This document shows, in pieces, positions 38,770-44,781 of a stretch of 44,781 nucleotides of DNA. Every line of letters starts with the position of its first letter. Position 1 is the stretch's first letter. Source of the stretch: Pseudomonadota bacterium (lineage in GTDB: Bacteria > Pseudomonadota > Gammaproteobacteria > Thiohalomonadales > Thiohalomonadaceae); assembly GCA_051747405.1 (NCBI GenBank), contig JBNJGC010000001.1, positions 1-44,781 on the forward strand, in the 5' to 3' direction. The translations under genes were made by a program, and so were the position numbers. The notes under the pieces are model-generated. The model was given only the letters and a program-made list of their open reading frames with translations, had not been told where the DNA came from and did no database searches.

Positions 38770-38900
38770 CAACGCAGAGGACGCAGAGTGCGCGGAGGAA
38801 AAGAAGGTGATTGCATAACGGCCACTCATCACCTCGCTTGCTAGTGAGAAACGAAAAAAACGCATCACAAACCTCTGCGTCCTCCGCGTCCTCTGCGTTG
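38770..38900. repeat. Second copy of the tandem-9-mer inverted-repeat element
   Basis: CAACGCAGAGGACGC (38770-38784) is the exact reverse complement of 38886-38900. More imperfect complementarity follows (GCGGAGG/CCTCCGC). The right arm CCTCTGCGTCCTCCGCGTCCTCTGCGTTG is identical to that of the 37.4-kb copy. Confidence 0.7.
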
Positions 38901-38905
38901 CATGA

Positions 38906-39952
38906 TCAGTACAACATTACCTCGGCGACGGCCTGGGCCCACGGCGAGAATTCTGGTACGGCGAAGATATCCTGGCCGATGGCCCGATGCAGGTCGGAGA
39001 CCAGCATCACGCCCATCTCGCGCTCGCGGAAGCGGCCGGCGAACTCAAGGATCGCACCGTAGACCTCGTTGGCGTTCTGCGGGTCTTCGTTCTTGGCGCG
39101 CAGGGCACGCCCCACCAGGGCGGAGGCGACGGCGTACTGCAGGTCGATCTCCTTGGGCAGCGGCACCTGCTCGCGGCGGATGATTGCATCCAGGTCCGGC
39201 AGGTTGTCGAGATTGTCGACGAAGGCGCCCAGCTCGATGCCGGCGGCGGGGCCGACACAGGCCTGCAGGGTATTGACCAGCAGGCTGCCGCTGTCGGCGA
39301 ACTTCTGCAGCGCCCTGTGTGCGAACTCCCAGGAGCGCGGCGAGGGGAAGGCGACCGGGTTGTGCGCCGGGTCAAAATCGAACAGCAGTTCGGGACGGAA
39401 GCGCAGGAAGGCGATCACCCGCTCGTCGATGCCGTTGGCGTAGGCCCAGCTGACCCAGTCGTCCAGGTGCGTATCCACCTCGAAGTGGGCGAAGCGGTTG
39501 GCCAGCGGCGCCGGCATGGTGTAGGTGACACCGCGGTCGCCCTGGCGATTACCGGCGGCGAAGATGGCCCACCCCTCCGGCACCTGGTACTCCCCCAGAC
39601 GGCGGTCGAGGATGAGCTGGTAGGCGGCGGCGGAGACACTCGGCGGTGCGGAGGTGACCTCGTCGAGGAACAGAATCCCCTCGGCACCGTGGCGCTCGGT
39701 ATCGGGCAGCATCGCCGGCACCGCCCACTCCACATGCTCGCCGCTGCGAAACGGAATGCCGCGCAGGTCGGAGGGTTCCATCTGCGACAGGCGGATATCC
39801 ACCACCGGCACACCGTGGCGCCCGCCGACCTGTTGCACCATCTGGGACTTGCCCACGCCGGGCGGACCCCACAGCATCACCGGGGTATGGTGCCCCTCGC
39901 GGGTGCTGGTAAATTCACGCTCAAGAACATTCGCTATCTGCGCAGGACGCAT
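38906..39952 (-). CDS. MoxR-class AAA+ ATPase (AAA_5)
   Basis: Walker A LWGPPGVGKS, Walker B GILFLDEV, and AAGNRQGDRGVTYTMPAPLANRF (sensor/Arg-finger region typical of MoxR/CbbQ-like ATPases). 348 aa. Confidence 0.9.
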   Translation of the reverse strand: MRPAQIANVLEREFTSTREGHHTPVMLWGPPGVGKSQMVQQVGGRHGVPVVDIRLSQMEPSDLRGIPFRSGEHVEWAVPAMLPDTERHGAEGILFLDEVTSAPPSVSAAAYQLILDRRLGEYQVPEGWAIFAAGNRQGDRGVTYTMPAPLANRFAHFEVDTHLDDWVSWAYANGIDERVIAFLRFRPELLFDFDPAHNPVAFPSPRSWEFAHRALQKFADSGSLLVNTLQACVGPAAGIELGAFVDNLDNLPDLDAIIRREQVPLPKEIDLQYAVASALVGRALRAKNEDPQNANEVYGAILEFAGRFREREMGVMLVSDLHRAIGQDIFAVPEFSPWAQAVAEVMLY

Positions 39953-40129
39953 GCACGCTCACCTTCTTTGTTGTGTGTCGGGCTAGAGCCCGATCAACAT
40001 CGTTCATCACTATCATGTAGGTCGGACTATACGCCGACAGACTGTTTGCGCCGGACTTCAATCAGCGGTACCGGGCGAAAAAGCTTAGCATTATTGTCAG
40101 GCTTTAGACAAAACGGCTTCGAATTCTAA

Positions 40130-40561
40130 CTAACGAAGTGGGGTCGTTTGCCCGGTTTCCAAATAGTGCAGGTAATCCTGCAAGATCAGGGCATGGTCGA
40201 AAGCCAGCGGTGCCGGGGGGTTGGTGGGATCGATCAGGTGGAGGGATTTGGCGTCGTCGCGGGCCTCGGGCTGGCCTTCGCCGCTGGCGATATAGACGGC
40301 GCTGACGGTGTGACCGCGGGGATCGCGGTCGGGTTTGGAGTAACAACCGAGAAGCGCCTTGAGGGTAACGCGCATGGCGGTCTCCTCCAGCGCCTCACGC
40401 ACCGCCGCCTGCTCGAGACTCTCACCCCGATCGACAAATCCGCCCGGCAGCGCGTAGCCGTGGGGCGGGTTGAGCCGCTCGATCAGGACGATACGGCCCG
40501 GCGCCGAGACCGGCTCGATAATGATATCGGCAGCCAGCAGTGGCGTTTCGGGCCGTGGCAT
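40130..40561 (-). CDS. NUDIX hydrolase
   Basis: Nudix box GGFVDRGESLEQAAVREALEETAM. Its ATG shares 1 nt with the thioredoxin TAA (TAATG). Confidence 0.88.
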   Translation of the reverse strand: MPRPETPLLAADIIIEPVSAPGRIVLIERLNPPHGYALPGGFVDRGESLEQAAVREALEETAMRVTLKALLGCYSKPDRDPRGHTVSAVYIASGEGQPEARDDAKSLHLIDPTNPPAPLAFDHALILQDYLHYLETGQTTPLR

Positions 40562-40944
40562 TAGCCTTCCTGACTGCCTTCCTCGGCCTGCTGCTCGGCC
40601 ACCTGCTTACGCACCTCGTCCATATCCAGCTCACGGGCCTTCTCGATCAGCTGATCGAACTGGCCACCCATCAGGGCGCCGGGCTGAGAGTAGATGACGA
40701 TCTGATCGCGCAGGATCATCAGGGTCGGGATAGAGCGGATCTGGAAGTGACCGGCCAGCTCCTGCTGCTCCTCGGTGTTGACCTTGGCGAAGACGATATC
40801 GTCGTGCTTCTCGGAGGCCTCCTCATACACCGGACCAAACGACTTGCAGGGGCCGCACCAGGGGGCCCAGAAGTCGACAATCACAAAGTCGCTTTTGCCC
40901 ACTACCTCGTCGAAGTTCTCTTTGGTCAGCTCTACAGTCGCCAT
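40561..40944 (-). CDS. Thioredoxin with an acidic C-terminal extension
   Basis: MATVELTKENFDEVV...VDFWAPWCGPCK, with the tail ...VAEQQAEEGSQEG. AGGAGA SD upstream of ATG 40944; the ORF-track extension was discarded. Confidence 0.9.
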   Translation of the reverse strand: MATVELTKENFDEVVGKSDFVIVDFWAPWCGPCKSFGPVYEEASEKHDDIVFAKVNTEEQQELAGHFQIRSIPTLMILRDQIVIYSQPGALMGGQFDQLIEKARELDMDEVRKQVAEQQAEEGSQEG

Positions 40945-41079
40945 GATTACTCTCCTATTGCATTCACATATTGCCGCCCTACACCGACGGCGGATAAAAA
41001 TAAAGCAGGCCGGAGCCTGCATTGGGTGTCTGTTGTTACACACATAGGGGGGAAAATACCCGATTTCAACCGGGGGATC

Positions 41080-41466
41080 TCAGTCATACTTGTTGATGAA
41101 GCGAATAATTTTCCGCCGCCCCCGCTTGTCCGGGCGTTTGGCGGGCCGCGGCGCGGCGGCGGCCATCAGCCGGCGCTGCTCTTTTAGCTCCTCGCGCTGG
41201 CGGCGGCTCTGCTCATCCTCGGCATAGAGCTGCTGCGCCACACTGGCCGGCCCTCGCTTGCTGGAGAGCCCCTGCACCGTGATGCGAAAGCTATCCTGCC
41301 CCTTTTTGATCTCCAGCTCATCGCCCTCCTGCACCGCTCGCGCCGGTTTGGGGCGCTGGCCGTTCAGGTGGACGTGGCCGCCGTTGATCGCCTCGGTGGC
41401 CAGGGCGCGGGTCTTGAAAAAACGCGCCGCCCAGAGCCACTTGTCCAGTCGTACCTTCTCCGCCAC
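41080..41466 (-). CDS. hslR: Ribosome-associated heat shock protein Hsp15 (S4 domain)
   Basis: VRLDKWLWAARFFKTRALATEAINGGHVHLNGQRPKPA plus a basic C-terminal tail. Confidence 0.9.
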   Translation of the reverse strand: MAEKVRLDKWLWAARFFKTRALATEAINGGHVHLNGQRPKPARAVQEGDELEIKKGQDSFRITVQGLSSKRGPASVAQQLYAEDEQSRRQREELKEQRRLMAAAAPRPAKRPDKRGRRKIIRFINKYD

Positions 41467-41469
41467 CGT

Positions 41470-41697
41470 CTACTCCTGTTCGAGCCGGGCGCGCAGCTCC
41501 GCCATCATCTCCCGGTAGTAGTCGATGGGAATGAGGGCGTGCTCGGTGGTATCGCAGGAGGGGCAGTGTTGGAGCAGCATCACCCCCATCGACTCACCAT
41601 CTTGGTAGTCCTCCCCCTCGATATGGGTGTACTCGATCATCCCCTCGAAGTGGCAATCGATACACTGCCCCCAGGCCTTGAATTTCATCCTGCTCAT
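41470..41697 (-). CDS. Small (75-aa) CxxC...CxxC zinc-ribbon-like protein
   Basis: CIDC (residues 12-15) and CPSC (45-48). The stop lies 3 nt before the hslR ATG, suggesting coupled expression. Confidence 0.55.
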   Translation of the reverse strand: MSRMKFKAWGQCIDCHFEGMIEYTHIEGEDYQDGESMGVMLLQHCPSCDTTEHALIPIDYYREMMAELRARLEQE

Positions 41698-41882
41698 TGT
41701 CGCTTATCTGAACTCACCGTCGAATTGAGTGACTAGAGACTGCCCGAATTTCCCCCCGATGCCAAGCTCCATCCCCCTGTCGGAGAGACACCGACAGCAA
41801 GATCCGCCTACTGTCCGATGTTAAATTCACCCACTTTTAACCATACTTTCATCATCAACCAAACGACAAGGAGTACAGTACG

Positions 41883-43802
41883 ATGATGGATATACTCAAC
41901 AACCTCTCCATCGGTAAACGCATCGGCTTGGGATTCGCCCTGGTGCTACTGCTGACCGGCGCCATCATTGTGCCAGTAGTGATGAGCGAGATCACCGATG
42001 TGGTTTACGAGGCCGAGGAGCGCGAGCTGCGCCAGCTGGCCACCAGCGCCGCCGCCGAGCTGGCCTCCGAGTCGCGCACCGCCGAGGCGATGAGTGCACT
42101 GGTGGCACAGAACCCACAGGTGCAGTCGCTCTTTGCCGCCGGTGATCGCGAGGCGCTCAACCGCCAGCTTGGGCCGACATTCAGCTACACCCAGGAGCGC
42201 TATGCGGTACAGCAATTTCAGCTTCACACACCGCCGGCCACCTCGTTTTTGCGGCTGCACAAGCCGGAGAAGTTTGGCGACGACCTGAGCGGCTTTCGCG
42301 CCACCGTCATCGAGACCAACCAGCAGCGCAAACCCGTGCGCGGTCTGGAGAAGGGGGTCGCCGGACTGGGTATCCGCGGGATCTCGCCGGTATTCAGCGG
42401 TGACGAGCACATCGGCTCGGTGGAGTTCGGCATGTCCTTCGGACAAGCCTTTTTCGAGCAGTTCAAACGTAAGTACGGGGTCGATATCGGCCTCTACATC
42501 GAGGGCGACAGCGGCTTCAAGGCCTTCGGCACCACCTGGCAGGGTAAGACACCGCTGGATGATGCACAGCTGCGCAGCGCCCTGGGTGGCGACAGCGTGG
42601 TCACCCGCTTTACCCACGGCGACAGCGCCTACGCGGCGTTTGCTGAGTCGGTGGAGGATTTCACCGGCAAGTCGGTAGGCGTACTCACCATCAGCATGAA
42701 CCGCGACAGCTACCTCGCCGCCATCGACGGGGCGCGCAACACCACTGTGCTCATCACCGCCGCAGCGCTGGTGGTGGGGGTGCTGCTGGCGGCGCTGATC
42801 AGCCTCAGCATCACCCGACCGATGCGGCACGCCGTAACGGCGATGAACGATATCGCCGAAGGCGAAGGCGACCTGACCAAGCGACTGGAGCAGCAGGGGA
42901 ACAACGAGATCGCCGAGCTTGCCGCCGCCTTCAACCGTTTCGCCGCCCGCGTGCAGGAGACGGTGATTCAGGTCAGCGCCTCGGTGCAGCAGCTAGGCAC
43001 CGCCGCCGAGCAGATGTCTCACATCACCGAGGAGACCAACCGCGAGGTGCAGAATCAGCAGTCCGAGACCCAGCAGGTGGCCACGGCGATGAACGAGATG
43101 ACCGCCACGGTACAGGAGGTGGCCAGCCACGCCGCACGCGCCGCCGACTCCGCCCGCGAGGCGGACGAGCAGTCGCAGCAGGGCAAGTCGATCATGCAGC
43201 AGACCCTTGGCGCCATGGACTCCCTGGCCGACGAGGTGGAGAACGCCTCCGGTGTCATCAACCAGCTGGAGAAGGAGAGCGAAGAGATCGGCACCGTGCT
43301 CGATGTCATCCGCGGCATCGCCGAACAGACCAATCTGCTGGCGCTCAACGCCGCCATCGAGGCGGCCCGCGCCGGAGACCAGGGGCGCGGCTTCGCCGTG
43401 GTGGCCGACGAGGTGCGCACCCTGGCCCAGCGCACCCAGCAGTCGACCCAGGAGATCCAGGAGATGATCGAGCGGCTACAGGGCGGCGCCAACAACGCGG
43501 TCAAAGCGATGGAGTCGGGCCGCAGCCAGGCCAGCGCCGGGGTGGAACAGGCGGCCAAGGCGGGCTCTGCGCTCGACAGCATCACCGCCGCGGTGAGCAC
43601 CATCAGCGAGATGAACATCCAGATCGCCAGCGCCGCCGAGGAGCAGGGCTCCGTGGCCGAAGAGATCAACCGCAACATCAGCCGCATCAGCGAATCGGCC
43701 GACACTACCGCCGAGGGGGCGGGACAGACGGCACAGGCCAGCGACAGCCTGGCCCGCCTCTCCGCCGAACTTCAGGATCTGGTAGCGCAGTTCAAGGTCT
43801 GA
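41883..43802 (+). CDS. Methyl-accepting chemotaxis protein (Cache-type periplasmic sensor, HAMP, MA domain)
   Basis: Two TM segments flank a roughly 260-aa ligand-binding region. HAMP domain ([24 protein letters not shown]) and the conserved signalling hairpin [40 protein letters not shown]. Confidence 0.92.
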   Translation: MMDILNNLSIGKRIGLGFALVLLLTGAIIVPVVMSEITDVVYEAEERELRQLATSAAAELASESRTAEAMSALVAQNPQVQSLFAAGDREALNRQLGPTFSYTQERYAVQQFQLHTPPATSFLRLHKPEKFGDDLSGFRATVIETNQQRKPVRGLEKGVAGLGIRGISPVFSGDEHIGSVEFGMSFGQAFFEQFKRKYGVDIGLYIEGDSGFKAFGTTWQGKTPLDDAQLRSALGGDSVVTRFTHGDSAYAAFAESVEDFTGKSVGVLTISMNRDSYLAAIDGARNTTVLITAAALVVGVLLAALISLSITRPMRHAVTAMNDIAEGEGDLTKRLEQQGNNEIAELAAAFNRFAARVQETVIQVSASVQQLGTAAEQMSHITEETNREVQNQQSETQQVATAMNEMTATVQEVASHAARAADSAREADEQSQQGKSIMQQTLGAMDSLADEVENASGVINQLEKESEEIGTVLDVIRGIAEQTNLLALNAAIEAARAGDQGRGFAVVADEVRTLAQRTQQSTQEIQEMIERLQGGANNAVKAMESGRSQASAGVEQAAKAGSALDSITAAVSTISEMNIQIASAAEEQGSVAEEINRNISRISESADTTAEGAGQTAQASDSLARLSAELQDLVAQFKV

Positions 43803-43829
43803 TCGATGCGCCTCGCCCCTCGGCACACC

Positions 43830-44639
43830 CTATGCCGCCACCACCGGGCCGGGTTGTGTCGGGTGGGTCGGCTCATCGTCCCCGGCAAGGCCGAGGTAAC
43901 GGCTGACATACTCACCCACTTTAACCCCCTGCCGATTGAGCCCATCGAGACCGAACATCAGGTTGAACTCCAGCAGATAACAATGCCCCTCCACCACTGC
44001 CACATCGAAACCGGCGTGGTCGACACCCAGTTCGCGGGCGACCCGGCTGACCAGCTCCAGCGCCACAGGCGGTACGTCATCAAAGCTCAGCACCCCGCCA
44101 CGGGCGACGTTGTTATGGAAACCGTCACTCCCCTCGCGCCAATAGGCGCTCACCACCTCATCCCCCACCCAGACCACCCGCAGGTCGCGCTCGATGGGTA
44201 GGTACTCCTGTATGTAGAGGATGTCATTCTGTGCCGCGTAGTCGAGGAACTCACGTCGCGACGCGACAAGGTAGACCCCTTCGCCCATGGAGCTGCGCAC
44301 CACCTTGGCAACGAAGGGAAAGCTGAACCACTCCAACACATAGTCGATAGAGGCATCGGTGGCAGGGAGGATCTCGGTCCAGGGCACATGCGCGGGGGCC
44401 ACGGCCATGAAGGCGCGGGTCTGTTCGATCTTATCGTGACCCAGATGGTAGCTGGCGATACTGGGGAAGATACGGCGCTTCAGGCCGTAGACCAGGCTAT
44501 TGACCTGCCAATACTCGGGGTAGAGCACCCACTCCGCCTCGCGGACGTGATCCAGCGAGCCGAGAAAGCTCTCAGGCTTGATATAGCGGACCCCCGGCAC
44601 ATCCAGGGTGCGAAAGGCGTTAAAAGAGATAAGCCGCAT
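43830..44639 (-). CDS. ATP-grasp domain protein (RimK/GshB-like fold)
   Basis: FPFVAKVVRSSMGEGVYLV..., YIQEYLPIERDLRVVWVG..., HNNVARGG..., and CYLLEFNLMFG, which is typical of ATP-grasp ligases. Start trimmed to ATG 44639 (MRLISFN...). Confidence 0.75.
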   Translation of the reverse strand: MRLISFNAFRTLDVPGVRYIKPESFLGSLDHVREAEWVLYPEYWQVNSLVYGLKRRIFPSIASYHLGHDKIEQTRAFMAVAPAHVPWTEILPATDASIDYVLEWFSFPFVAKVVRSSMGEGVYLVASRREFLDYAAQNDILYIQEYLPIERDLRVVWVGDEVVSAYWREGSDGFHNNVARGGVLSFDDVPPVALELVSRVARELGVDHAGFDVAVVEGHCYLLEFNLMFGLDGLNRQGVKVGEYVSRYLGLAGDDEPTHPTQPGPVVAA

Positions 44640-44781
44640 GGCAGTGGCACGATAAGCCCCGAATCGGGCGCTGAGCAATTTAGCCGCAAAGCCTCCCGGC
44701 GTCAATCGCCGGGGAACCGGGAGCAGACGCGGTTGCGCCCCAAACCCTTGGCCCACAGCCCGCTGCCGAGGAAAAACTAAA

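Noticed and set aside
37337-38885. Small sense-strand ORFs inside the repeat cores: 28 codons in the 37.4-kb copy (MVCSCRNVTYCRRRGRAFHSQRPPRPLR) and 29 codons in the 38.8-kb copy.
   Set aside because: The two peptides are unrelated and read the shared arm in different frames. The second has an SD only 2 nt from its ATG. There is no sign of a conserved coding function.
37316-38900. Reading the inverted-repeat elements as integron attC sites. On the gene-sense strand the ends read ATTCAAC...GTTGAGA and ATGCAAC...GTTGAAA, close to the RYYYAAC / GTTRRRY core sites, and the lengths are 122-131 bp.
   Set aside because: The central regions are not self-complementary, as attC stems are. No intI or attI lies nearby. 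The supposed cassettes would split a functionally obligate MoxR/VWA pair. The AAC/GTT ends are simply part of the repeat arms.

Overview
High-GC, gammaproteobacterial-looking chromosomal window. The core (7.3-25.2 kb, minus strand) is the classical housekeeping block nnr(yjeF)-tsaE-amiB-mutL-miaA-hfq-hflX-hflK-hflC-yjeT-hisZ-purA ... rnr-rlmB, with divergent queG. It is followed by a PfkB kinase, mobA-mobB-moeA, a Lys/Ala-rich H1-like gene, lon, an NlpC/P60 lipoprotein, hemH and adk. A tRNA-Leu(CAG) with a clear promoter and terminator lies between purA and rnr, next to two MITE-like palindromic elements. Two accessory loci stand out. (i) 1-7056 (-) is an operon for a giant secreted protein (prenyltransferase-like, CarboxypepD_reg, CARDB and VWA modules) plus a transglutaminase-like protein; both reading frames are broken by a single in-frame stop codon inside a recognisable domain. 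(ii) 35386-39952 (-) is a four-gene cluster of unknown function: a MoxR AAA+ ATPase, a VWA/HExxH (DUF2201-type) protein, a 386-aa helical protein with a poly-Arg tail, and a 184-aa protein. Its cistrons are separated by 149-189-bp gaps filled with hairpin-forming repeat elements. Two gaps carry members of a GC-rich tandem 8/9-mer inverted-repeat family that has a third copy at 33.3 kb; the third gap carries a direct-repeat-flanked imperfect hairpin. Locus (ii) is my best candidate for an undescribed system, but this rests on motif reading only. The right end holds a Zn-ribbon-hslR-thioredoxin-Nudix operon, a Cache/HAMP chemoreceptor and an ATP-grasp gene. I saw no CRISPR array, rRNA, integrase or transposase gene. 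All calls come from reading the sequence and ORF translations by eye; no searches were run.
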